In this document: in pieces, positions 24,205 through 36,095 of the stretch | How the letters are laid out: every line of letters begins with the position of its first letter | Position numbering within the stretch: position 1 is the first letter of the stretch | Origin: Obrimoposthia wandeli | Taxonomy: Eukaryota | Direction of reading: 5' to 3' | Assembly (NCBI GenBank): GCA_977020255.1 | Contig: CDROCS010000787.1 | Coordinates: 186,001 to 250,000, forward strand | DNA: 64,000 nucleotides | Translations under genes and position numbers: made by a program | Notes under the pieces: generated by a model | What the model saw: the letters and a program-made list of their open reading frames with translations, nothing else | Told to the model about the DNA's origin: nothing | Database searches by the model: none

Positions 24205-25400
24205 AAACAAAATCCAAATTCCCGTCTTCCAGCAATAATAACCGCATCGTGTTCACATCGCACGACTAATTTGATATCGTTACCGAGGTTAAACTTTCGG
24301 TATCGATAACCCACTGAACCCAGGTTTAATTTGTCCTTGTCTTCATCCAAGAATGGATTCGGATTATCGAAGGCAAATATTTTATGTTGAAGAACCTGTT
24401 GGGTGAAGGTATGGTTTATAAATGTAGCTTCCAGTGACAAACTGCAGGAAGAATTAATATTATTCGAATCTTCAGCTGGAAATTGTTATTGCCCGGTCTT
24501 TTGTCTAAAATAAGATTATATCCTACTTTCTTGACGAAAATATCCCAAGAATAAACAGAACGTGTACAACACATAAGGGCCGATATGAAAGCATCGGTGG
24601 CAAAAACATTTCCAGCCTTTTCATTAGCCAATTTATGAATTATAGGATCATCTCCAGTGGCAACATTATGAATTATGTGATTCATAAGTTTCAATTTCTG
24701 TATATTATGGGTAATAATTATGTTGTGATTTTTATCATAATATCTTAACTCACCACAAGTATAAAGATCTTCTGGTTCTTCTGAGAGGATCATTGATAGC
24801 TTGTTGAATCAACTAAATGCAATCTCCTCAACTACTTTCCATGTAAATTTACCTTGAACCGAAGCCTCCATATGAATTCGAGCTTGTCTACGATAATAAT
24901 TACCCCATCCTGTAGCATTATTTAAGCAACCGTGTTGCTTATTAATCCTTCTCATGCCTTGTTGCCTTTATCTATTTATGAACTTATATTTCTTAGTCAA
25001 TCCTAAGCGATATTGTTGCTCGAGTTGTTGCTGTTTTTTCTGAGCGACCTTTTCTCTGCGGGTTCTAGTGGCAGCAAATTTGTTCTTCTTTAAAAAGCTT
25101 TATTTTTGATATTTAACAGTATTGACCATATTGAAAGTACTTTCATCATATTCATGTACATATGCATATTGATTTCCTTGAAAATTCATATTATTAATTC
25201 TATCCATCCTCTTCCGTAAGTCAGGACTATAATTCCTTGTCCAATCTGCAAATTTACCTACTTTTATATCTTTATTAAATGGCTGATAAGGAAGATCCGC
25301 AAACCTCTCTGGGACTGTATAAGGATCCCATCCATCAGGGCCATCATCAAATGTTAATAACAAAAATCCAGTTGAGAATTTAGTGTCTGCCCTGGCAACA
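24205..25400 (-). pseudogene. EIF3D: Intronless, 3'-truncated eIF3 subunit D copy inside the LTR element
   Basis: Translates to DGWDPYTVPERFADLPYQPFNKDIKVGKFADWT, NQYAYVHEYDESTF, GNVFATDAFISALMCCTRSVYSWDI, SLEATFINH.F.QQ, NPNPF, SVGYRYRKFNLGNDIKLVVRCEHD, all hallmark eIF3d motifs. There are four in-frame stops between 24800 and 25100 and a ~30-nt frameshifting deletion near 24470. Confidence 0.93.
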
Positions 25401-25480
25401 TCTGACTGAGCTTCATTATCCAGACGAAATATATAGAACTGATTGGTGTTTCCTTATGCCTTCCGTTCTTCTTTCTTCTT

Positions 25481-25494
25481 ACGCTCTGCTACAA
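25481..25494 (-). promoter_or_regulatory. Primer-binding site, initiator tRNA-Met type
   Basis: The minus strand reads TTGTAGCAGAGCGT directly after the 5' LTR, one mismatch from TGGTAGCAGAG, the complement of the animal tRNAi-Met 3' end. Confidence 0.8.
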
Positions 25495-25796
25495 TGTTTG
25501 AGGAACCATTAAATGGGTAAAACATAGAAATACATAACATAGATTCTTTTATAATCATTACATTAATTTTCAAATTCAAAACTTTCCATAACAACTTCTT
25601 CAAATGACCAAGGTCACTTTTTAACTCTTTTAAACAATTCCAAACTTTAACATATTTAAAACATTTATATAAACCTTTATCGCTACTTTCATTACCCACC
25701 CCTCACCGTCATCCTAATTATTACTATTTAATTTATTTTATTAATAATATAGTAGTATTTAATTCTATTCTATTAATAATAATTAATTCTTCAACA
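25495..25796 (-). repeat. 5' LTR of the nested BEL/Pao element
   Basis: TGTTTGAGG...TTCTTCAACA, matching 17915-18213. It is followed on the minus strand by the PBS. Confidence 0.95.
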
Positions 25797-26420
25797 CTTA
25801 TCTTAGAACTTTGACCGATTCATATGTAAATGTGGTTTATCAGACACATTTATATCAGATGATAAGAATAATTTTGAGGGGGTTGTGAAATTAAAAGAGC
25901 TAAAGAGTGAAGGACTCAAGGTACATAAGGAAATGGCAGTCAACAGTATTAAATGGATATTTAATCCACCCAGAGCACCACATTTTGGTGGAAGTTTTGA
26001 AGCTATGGTAAAGTTGGTGCTGTGAGCCATGTATAACATTAACAATGCCGAGTTGACCGATGACGAATTAATCACAGTTTTGACAGAAAGAGAACAGCTG
26101 GTAAATTCAAGATCAATTAGCTATAAAGGAACCCGTGAAGGTGATCCCGAGGTGTTAACTCCCAACCATTTCCTTACATGTGAAGGTTTCACAAATAGCT
26201 CATTTGAAGGTAAAAGAGGACTGAAATGCCGTTGGAGGTTAATTCAAGAGCTAAACAAACATTTATTGAGTCGATGGATGGAAGATGAATTTTTACAATT
26301 TTGTGTGCAACAAAATTGGTGTGAAGAGAATCCACTGAAAATAAATTATGTTGTTTAATTTTAGACAATAAAAATAAAAGATGAACTTAGCCGTTAGGAA
26401 GGATAATTGAATTGATAGTT
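25797..26420 (+). mobile_element. Degenerate BEL/Pao element, right part (integrase core and C-terminus)
   Basis: Resumes the integrase interrupted at 17914: ...FISDDKNNFEG...IKWIFNPPRAPHFGGSFEAMVK...ELTDDELITVL...PEVLTPNHFL...PLGRIIEL. Confidence 0.9.
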
Positions 26421-28039
26421 GTTTTATTAAATAAAGTTATTGATAATAGTACATAAAATCATGTGTTTTCTTTTTTCATCAAATCGACAGTATAATCTGA
26501 TGGATTATAAAAAAAAATCATATTATCACATATATATGGCAACAAAATTTCTGACTTTATATAGGCTATTACACACAAATACACACAAACACATACATTC
26601 GCACGCAAGACACTTTAAAATGCAGAAATAAATGTGTAGTCTTTATTTTGCCGAAATATTTTAAATTTTACTTATCAATATTTGCTGGTAGGGCAAAAAT
26701 TGTTAAATCAGCAATTAATCATCAACAAAAACAAATAAGTTTAATCCCTAGTGATAATATCTACATGATAAAAACTGAATTGCCTACTACGATAGGGAAA
26801 ATAAAAATTAATAAGAATATCGTATAATCCGCATTTCATGTAATCCAGATAAATTTAGGCCACAAAAAAACCGATTATGTGGAATAAATATCATCACAAA
26901 TATTTTTTAATCTAAATCCTTTTCTAATTTATTATATTTATCTGTTATTTATTTCAAAATATTAGGTTTATTTTCATCTTCTCCTTTTTAATATCATACA
27001 ATTTATCATTAAAAATATTTTAACTATTTCATATCCCTTAATACTATCAAGAGAATACTTCCAACTGAGAACCTCTAACAATATTACATTTAAAAAATAT
27101 GTGGATATTAAAATAATCAATCTTTAAAAAAGGTTATATAAATAATAAAGTATAAGATAAAATTTTTAAAATTCTTAAATGCTAATATCTGTAAAAAGTG
27201 ACAAAATTTTAACTGAACAAATTTATGCTTAAAATCTTCTAAATATATCAACTAAACGATTTTAAAACTTATAATATAAGTTAAATAAATATTTATTGTC
27301 AAAAGGAATTTAAACTTTAAAAATAATAATAAAGCATTAACAGTTTTAACAACGATTATGTACATAGATGGCGGGTCATTGCACTCCTCTGACTTCAACA
27401 TAATTGAGAATATGTAACCAATTAAAAATATATTTGTCAAATAGAAAAAAATATTTGAATTGTTTCAATCTTACATAGAAATAGGAAACCATCAGAGTAC
27501 ATAAAAGTTGTATAATTCCAATCCACGAAGAATAAATTACGCAAGAAAATGTGAAAGATGTCTAACTAAATATTGAATATTTATATAATATTTGTAAAAT
27601 ATAGAAATATGTTTGAATTTGTTTATTTAGTGTTATTGCCTGTAAATCAAACATTAGTTTAATATACCTCTTTATTAATCAAATGTTAATAAAGATTATA
27701 ATCAATTATTACATATCTTTTATTTAACTAACATATAATAAGGATAATTTAGGAATTCTGGATAACATTTATAAAAAGAAATCTTTACCAAACTGACAAA
27801 GGATATCTACCAGAATGTAACACATAGTCAAACAATTTAAATGAATTAATCAAGTAATAATGCATAACTAATAATATCACTAATAATAACTAATTAATTT
27901 AATATATTAATTTTCCATTAAGAAAACTTAAAATATTTCTAATTCAATCTAGCAGATTTATCATTAAAATAATGTTTCATATAAATTTCAAGATTCTTTA
28001 GAGGTTTACAATGTAATATCATTTCATGGACCATTCTGA

Positions 28040-28564
28040 ATACATTTTCTGCCACCTCATTTGTCTATGGATTAAGGTCAATATTATCTTAAATATTTTT
28101 CTCAATTACTCTTCTTGCTTTTTCACATATATTTGAGGCTATTAATTTATTCCAATCAATAACGTTTCTAACTGAAAACCATGCTGGGGCCCGAACATCA
28201 ATAATAAAACTCAATTTCTGTTTTTCATAATAATGTTTAATGTGGTTTTGATGGTAAAACATCAAATAAATTCGAAATATTTGACACTTTTATGAACGTA
28301 ATATTTATATATTTTTCTATTTATAGTGTTATAGAGCTGGACTGGCATATCTTGTTTTGTCCAGCATTCCTCAACTTCTTTAGATAATAGAACCGTAACA
28401 TGAGAAAGTTTCAGCCCATTATTTACCTTTTGCAGAGTTTTCAGTCTTTCTAAAACTTGATAAATAGTTGGCAATGTTTTCAACTTTTTAAAATCATCTT
28501 TGTACTCTATAAGTCGTTTTCCTTTCTTCAATGGATGATAACTCATTATTAGATTGTGTAACAA
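28040..28564 (-). mobile_element. Internally deleted DNA-transposase remnant (hAT-like, possibly hATm type)
   Basis: LPTIYQVL...EVEECWTKQDMP...INRKI followed by VRAPAWFSVR and ENVFRMVHEMIL resembles the LPT..QVL / W.KA.IP / Y.P.WF.IK motifs of an invertebrate transposase family. The family assignment is from memory. Confidence 0.4.
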
Positions 28565-29403
28565 TAATTAAATATAATAATTGCAACTTAATTTTAAATA
28601 TTTATAAATACAATTTCTCAAAATTGAAATTAAATTGAAATTGAATTATTACATCGATTTAAAATTAATTCAAATTAACAAAAACACAAAAATTCAAAAA
28701 GTTAATGGTTTTTTTAAGTGTATTAAAAATAAATATATATATTTATATAAAATAGCAATGAAAAACTCACCTTTTGCTGTGTGCCCGATTTCACGAGGTA
28801 AAATATTACTCATAAATATTAATATTAAATATTAATATTCACTCATGATGTAATACAATTCTTATTTATTCAAATTATAGATAGGTGATAATGAATATCA
28901 AAATTATTGGCTAAAAGGAAATGGTAAAAATAAATGATTAAATAATGAATTTCCGAAAATTGAATTCTTTTTAAAGGTACCTGTAGTTTTATTTATATAA
29001 AATAATATCTTAACATAATTGTAGAAAATAATTCTTTCAAATCCATTAGGGTTTGAAATTTGGATTATTTAAGAGCATTTACTAAACTAATTTTATTTTT
29101 TAATTCAACATTTCTCAGTTTTACAGTTATGAATAATACAAATTAGGTCTTATAGTTTGTTTCCTTTATTTAAAATCAATAATTTTAATATTCAGAGGTG
29201 TAAGGTAGGGATTATTCTCCTGTAAGTTATTATTTAGTTTTATAATTATTTTATTTCTTGAACTAAATTCGAAGTAAATCCGATGAAACTATTTCAATAT
29301 CTAATAAATAAATTCAAAAATATTAAGTCTAAAATTAATAATGTTAATTCAGATTCTTGTATAAATTATAATGAAATTACTGGATGTTATTTTAATTATT
29401 TAG

Positions 29404-29707
29404 ATCAATGAAGGTGACCGAGTCAAAGCCTGTAGTACGATGTCGCTGAATTTACCAGCTAGGAGCAAAAGCTTCACAAACGAATCTAAATCTACGTTTT
29501 TGAAAACAGAAAATGTTTCTTTAAGTAGCCCTGAAGAGAACATAAAGATCCCATTGAGAGAAATAAAAGAAGATAAATATTTTCTTGAAAGTGAAATATC
29601 CAACACATTTCTAATTATGGTTTGTGGAACCAAAGGAGTAGGAAAAACGTCATTGTGTGAACAATTTATGTCTTCTGATTCAGCCTATCTCAATGACGAT
29701 GATAATG
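29404..29707 (+). CDS. RGK-family small GTPase, exon 2 (P-loop)
   Basis: atttAG acceptor at 29402-03. INEGDRVKACSTMSLNLPARSKSF...IMVCGTKGVGKTSLCEQFMSSD contains G1 GxxxxGKT. Donor GTaaag at 29708. Confidence 0.85.
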
Positions 29708-30400
29708 GTAAAGTTTTTTTCATTTAGAGTATCCCAAATATTATATATGATTGATGCACATACTACGCTATGCGTTAATGAGTAAATCGAAAGGAAATTT
29801 CCATATATTTTAATAAATATATATTATCTATACTACCTTGATTTAAATCACTCTAACTTGTTTCATTTGTTTTTCAGTGGTTTACTCATCTTCAAAATAC
29901 TCAAACGAAGTGTAATAATATTGATTTATTTGTATGTTACTTATAAGTTATAATGAAAGCATTTAATTATTTGATCATTAGTAAAAATCATTATCCATTT
30001 CTCAAAGGAATGAATAAATAGTTCGTTTAAACGAATTACTGTATTCAACAGATTAATATTTCCATTTTAAAAAATGATTTTTTTCATACCAACGATAACG
30101 TATCTTCAACCCTTTTACTCTATCTTTATTGCCTCATTAAAAAAATCTTATAATTTGGTCTAGCGACTCCAAAGAAGAATAAAATATTTAATAAATAATA
30201 GCAATCAATCAACATAATTTAAATTTATCTAATGTAAATGTTGCACTTAGTTTTTAAAATTTCAGTTAATTTGATCATTTCGGCTCTTTTGGACAATTGA
30301 TAATTAAAATGCTGATTTCGGCCAATTTCCGTTTATGATCAAAAATCAGAAGCAGAATTATTATACACCATTGTAAAAATTATTCATTTACTATATTTAG

Positions 30401-30507
30401 AAGAATTCGATACATTTCTGAAGAAGGTCACTGTTGATCTTGATGACAAAGAATGGAATCTAATATTTCGAGATACAGAAGAAATAAGCATCGCTGAGAT
30501 AGCACGA
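30401..30507 (+). CDS. RGK-family small GTPase, exon 3
   Basis: tatttAG acceptor and GTtagt donor, phase 1-0: EEFDTFLKKVTVDLDDKEWNLIFRDTEEISIAEIAR (beta2-beta3 and G3 position). Confidence 0.85.
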
Positions 30508-31413
30508 GTTAGTAGTTGATTTTTACTTTTATAATTATAAGAATATTTAAATATTCTAGTTTAAAATGTTACTAGAAAAAACATTTCCAAGTTTACATAA
30601 CTTTGAAAATATTGAATTTCAATTTATAAAGTTTATTTTGTAAAAGTACTACAGAAATACCCGTATATAGCGCATTTTTAATAATAAACTATGATTGTAA
30701 GAGTCTTAAAATATAAAATAAAGTAAAAACAACAGTCAACTGGCTTGTTGTCCTTATACATGAGGTTGCTCCATTCTGATTGTTTGGAATATATAATCAA
30801 TAAATATATCTGATAATGTATAATCTATAATATTATTTATGATTATTAAATTTACTATTTTTTGGGGGTCATCCTGTTTCATTGTAATAGAAAGCAAACC
30901 GATACTTAAAGTGATATAAATTGTTTCTTGTTAAATAAATTTCTAAAGCATTTTTAAAATAAAGCTTATTTGTACTTTAATATTTCGTCCATAGAGTAAA
31001 TTAATCTCTTTAGATAGAATTTTAATAAACATTCAGTTTATTAATAAAGAAATTAAATCTCAATATATTCCAGTGGCATCAAGAAATATTTATATTCAAT
31101 TTGAAACGCTTTCATCCGACAAATAAAAAGTCAGAACAAAATATGCAGAATGGTTTGAAAATTTTTATTTTTTCCATCAATAATCTTCTTTTTTTCCCCA
31201 TCAATATTCCATGAAATCAATTTTTTTATAAACTCTATGATGCAACTTATTTAACTTAATTCACCTTACCTTTTGAAGAGACATTGCTAAAACTTTACTT
31301 TGAAAAAATATTAAATAATCTAAAATTGGTCATTAAATACTATTTTTATATGTATGAATATATTTTATATTTTTATTATTTTTATATTTCAATTTTAAAA
31401 TTTTGATTTTTAG

Positions 31414-31579
31414 ATATCTCCAGATGCACTTGTGATTGTTTATTCTGTAGAAAACAAAGAAAGTTTCGACTGGTGTAGCAATTTATTGCAAGCTAATTTT
31501 GATGTATTAACTACATCGGCATTGTTTGTTGTTGCCACGAAATCCGACCTGGAACGTCTACGACAGATATCAAGTGAAA
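31414..31579 (+). CDS. RGK-family small GTPase, exon 4
   Basis: ttttAG acceptor and GTtagt donor: ISPDALVIVYSVENKESFDWC...LFVVATKSDLERLRQISSE. Matches the Ras-fold DA.VIVYS...SF and G4 (TKSD) motifs. Confidence 0.88.
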
Positions 31580-32839
31580 GTTAGTAAATATCAAAATGAT
31601 TTGCTTAAAAATGATTAATTTTACAAGAATGGTGGCCGTAAAGCTTAACTTGAGAAAATGAATAATAAAATTATATATTTAAATCAAAATATAGCAGTAA
31701 ATATTATATATATATTGATAAATTCGTATCAATATTCGTTATTAAAATAGTTAATTTAAAAATATTCTCTTTCAAAACTAGTACATAGTTATATATACTT
31801 ATATATTTAAATTAATGTTTTCGGACGTGGGACGTACAAAAATTTTAGGAATCAATAAGAAAATCACTGCTACATACAATATAATGATATTGATCAGTGA
31901 TATATTTTCTATGCTATTCTGAATTTTTGAATAAAAAAATCAACACTTATACAGCTTTTATTTTAGAAAGATATAACGAGTAACTATAATAAATATATTT
32001 TACACATACGTTACCGGTCATGTATAAGTAGGGTTTCCATACATATGTGTTTGGGGCATATAATACAACTTTCGTGGATAGAAAATTGCAGTGTGTCATG
32101 GGCTCGCATTTCAGAAATGATCTGAAAAATATGCTTTCTAAGCTCGTGTTGGAGAGATTTTCAACAATATTTGCCTCTTTGCTCATCGGGTTATTTTTAG
32201 AAGCCACTCTACAAAGTCGAGAATTAACATATATACATAGTACATAAACGTACTACACCAGGCAACACTGACTGTGTTGTAACTGATATGTATATTTTCA
32301 AATATTAAGTATCGGGAACGAGAAACGTGGGAATTGGTAATTACTATTTAGTAATTACTTTGATGGAGACCAGACCACTAGGGAGTACTCCCCTCTTTCC
32401 GTCATAACCGGAAATGAATTTGTGTATGCCAGAAGTGAATGTGTATACCGGAAGTGATTACGTAATGACCCATAGATGGTCGTCCACACCATAAGGGTCG
32501 GGCTGCGAAAGATTTGAAGGTATGGTTGTGACCATCTATAGTTGACCAACACATATAAAGGGTTAGGATCGTCCATAGATGAAGGGGTTGAGCTCAGTTA
32601 TAACTTGAAAATTTGAAGGTATGGTTGTGACCATGTATGGTTGGTCACCACATCCAAGGGGTTGTGGTCATCTTTAGATTTCCGGGATATTTTTAATATT
32701 TAAAATAAATACTTTAAAACAAAATTTTAAATCTAAAAAAATCAAAATATCATATGAATATTCAAATAAGTTTATAATAAATCCAAAAGAGAAAATAAAT
32801 CACGCACAATAAATCAAAATATAATAATACTAAATCATC

Positions 32840-35172
32840 AGAGAATAATGTACATACGCTAAACTCTTGTTTTTCTGGATCCAACAACTCTTGTCATCCA
32901 TTGAGCAGGGGGCAATTTTCAAAGATTATATTGTGTATAATTAATGGTTCACTGTGCCAATCTTTTTCTGGGGTATACTATGGGTTATTCTATTTTCGTA
33001 GACATCAAAGTAAGTCTGATGAACAACCATGTAATCTTTTAAATTAACTACTTTTGCCTTTTATATTTCATCATCGCCTTCAAACTTGAGTGAATAACAT
33101 TTAGGTTATAAGAAAATCCATTCGTTATAGGCCTGTCCTTCAGATTCATCCTTAAATAGTCCGATCTTATTGTTTAAAACATTAGAGTAAACAATAACTT
33201 TTTCACTATAATTAGAAGTATATACTAATCAATCTGCAATCATATTTTGGTAACAACTGATTTCTTAAATAAACGTTTTTATATTCCAAAAACAATGAGT
33301 CCGTATCTCCAGCATCTTAATTTATTTTACAATTGAGTTTCCAAACCATCTTCATCGATAACGTTTCTTCGAAACGTTTGAAAGACATCGGCTAACAAAT
33401 ACACATCTGTTTTCAAGTATACAAGCACAAGGAAGTACCAAAATGAAAGGCAAAATACCCTTTCCATCGATAAGTTTAGAAGGTAATGCGGTTCTTGTCA
33501 ACGGGATACTCGGTAATGTATTAAGTAATTTTTCTAGAAACGATTGTAAAAATTGCATAGAGTCTTTAAAACGAATTGAAATTTTGTCAAAATGTACAAT
33601 CGTGGCTTTCAGTTGATTGTGGTATTTAATTTATTTTTCAATTTGGAAATATATGTAAAATATGCTTTAGTATATGATGTAAATCATAACGTCGTAGATT
33701 ATGAAATACGACTGGTTATACTGGTTTTTAAAGTTTTCTAGAAAGATTACAAGTATTACATATTGCACCTAAATATTTCCCGGTATTATGATCATGATCT
33801 CTAACATAATAATCACTAGTTTCGCGACAAAGATAACATTGGCTAGCATGTTGAAATTCAAAGTTTTCCCCTAAAAGTCAACGATAATATTTTATTTTGT
33901 ATTACTTTTACATACCAGGGTAAAACTAAATAATTTGCAAATTTTCCAATGAAGATAGAAAACTGTATACGCAATCAGGTCCGATATTATAATGATATGA
34001 CTTTTCATTTTCATCAGTACTCATAAATAGTAAACCAGATGCTATTAGCATATGTTTTTGATAATAGTCATCATCATATACTAAAGTTGCTTCAAAGTCT
34101 ACGTAAACTACATATTTAGGAGACACTGTTTTTGACAAATCTGTGAATTTAACATATTTTTCCTTTGGCATGGTATACATTGTTGTACCTTCATTATTTA
34201 AATCACATAAATCATAATGCTTATCTAATGCCATATCTGATCTAAAACCACGTAGACACTTTTCGCACCATTTTCGAGAAATTCTTCTGGAGTTATATCT
34301 AATATTTAATATGCGATCATGATTGGTTATGCCAATGTAATGAAAACATTCATTATGCTCCAACAGTTCCAAATTAACAATCTGTCCAATATTTTTCTGC
34401 GATCTATATGTAATGTCTATGTAGGGTGTTTTATAACATCAACATATATTTCTTCAATGACGACATCATTGTATAAAAATACATTTATCCTTATATTCGG
34501 GTTCTTTGTCTCAAACTTTGGTATATTTGAAATATTCATTGGGGTATCTATTTTGTCAAACACAAAATCTTTCAAAAAAGATGAATACTTTCCTACACAA
34601 GTTTTATCACTAGTAATTGCACCATGTTTCAAAACAGCCAGAATTGCATAAATAAAAAATAGATTGTCATTGTTTTGAACATTTACAACAGCTTGACTTT
34701 TTGAAAACGATTTTAGTGTTCGAATGTATGAATGTCCTGATAAACCAGATATTTCACTATATTTCGTCATGACAAATGCATATTCTAAAACCTTTATCAA
34801 TTTTCATCCACTTATTTTTTCTGAATATTCTTCAACTTTTTAAACCATAGTTTCTTCGATTCCAGGAATTTTTTCATAACTAAATATTACCGCCTTATGA
34901 GATGCATACCATTCTTTAGTTTTACATTCCTCCTTTTTAAATTCCATCTGTATAATGTATTAAATTTTTGCATTGCCCATATTATTCATTATTTTTACTA
35001 CTTTCACTAGAATATTATCCGAAACTTTCAAATCAATAAGGTTTAGACGAGTGACTTTCATTGATATCGTCGAGTAACTTCCTCCTATCAATGTTTTTAA
35101 GTTAATCGAAGTTTTTTTTATAGTATTTCGAAGTAGTAAATGTCGAATTATGGATTGTAAAGAACCAATCAA
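32840..35172 (-). mobile_element. Polinton/Maverick-like DNA polymerase B gene, fragmented
   Basis: Successive broken frames: HSYIRTL...AVVNVQNNDN...FDKIDTPMNISNIPKFE.KN.NIRINVF; WCEKCLRGF...L.KHYDLC...YVVYVDFE; VRDHDHNTGKYLGAICNTCN (endonuclease VII-like); VFHNL..YD; DVCLLADVFETFR; KIGLFKDE...PKCYS; DDKSCWI. Confidence 0.85.
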
Positions 35173-35813
35173 AAGTATTTATTTTCCTTAAAAATCAAAG
35201 TAATTAAAATTCAATCAATTACTATGTGTAAATATAGGTGATATTATTCATTTATTCACATCGAGGAATGTATTACGTAATAAATGTACTTTTGAACATG
35301 AAATTTCCCCTTCCTTGAGATTAACCAAATATAACCCTTTGTGTGTGAATATTTTCACTTCCTGGAAAGTTGTTATCGTAGCAAAACATAAATTAAAATA
35401 AATATACATGTTTATATAATGTTCAAGTGTAGATTCAAAACAAATCTATGTAACTTGCATTTGCTGCTGTTTGTTGTATTGTTGATATCGGATTTGTTGT
35501 TATTGTAGCGGGAATCGTCTGTGGTATTCATAGTCTCTGGCCTAATTGTTAGTGATAAAACCACTGTTAATCTAAATTAAATGATTAAAAATATTTTAAA
35601 ATAAATAAAAATAATCCTATTGTGCTTTTTGCTTGACAAATGGCATTCATTGAATACTCGTTCATACTCCACAAAATTTTCAAGTTAATCTAAAAGTTTA
35701 ACATAATAAATTCGACAACAGAAAAAAAATTACTTACGTGTTCATTTTGAATTTATGAAAGTATGAAAGTATTTAAAAAGTATGTTGAAATGTAATAATT
35801 TTGATTAATACAC

Positions 35814-35816
<3 letters not shown>

Positions 35817-35870
<54 letters not shown>
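35817..35870. repeat. (AT)n microsatellite
   Basis: About 27 uninterrupted AT units. Confidence 0.98.
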
Positions 35871-35875
<5 letters not shown>

Positions 35876-36095
35876 CATATTACAAATAAACAATTAAACT
35901 ATTCTAAAATTAATTATTGTAAATTGATCTAACATTACAAAATTTTTAATTTCATAAGTAAACATTATATTTCACATTAATATGAGAATAATTACTTGCA
36001 CATAAACTATTTTAAATTATAGTTATTTATAAAATATGGGATTAAATAATTCTAGGTTTACAGATATATTTTTTGTTTTAACTCATTTTGCTGTA

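Larger units (their letters stand above)
17915..25796 (-). mobile_element. Full-length but decayed BEL/Pao LTR retrotransposon (7.9 kb) nested in the older BEL/Pao copy
   Basis: Two ~300-bp TG...CA LTRs, a 5-bp TSD CTTCT/CTTAT, a PBS and a PPT. Fragmented ORFs give BEL gag (KISIPYFFGDYKDY...KVLQL, 22472-22849), protease region (ALLDDAGTLSYI; PIARLTTLGWIC), RT (20142-21206), RNase H (HVFMDVSTTAYGAVAY) and integrase (18690-19304: VGVDFTGP, ISDYSTNF, PHFGGIFE). Confidence 0.95.

Noticed and set aside
25454-25699. 81-aa ORF reading through the 5' LTR and PBS in frame with eIF3d
   Set aside because: It lies in LTR sequence, the equivalent frame is disrupted by indels in the other LTR, and it stops before eIF3d; likely chance.
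31947-32247. Overlapping short ORFs next to the Polinton remnant
   Set aside because: No identifiable domain or splice signals.
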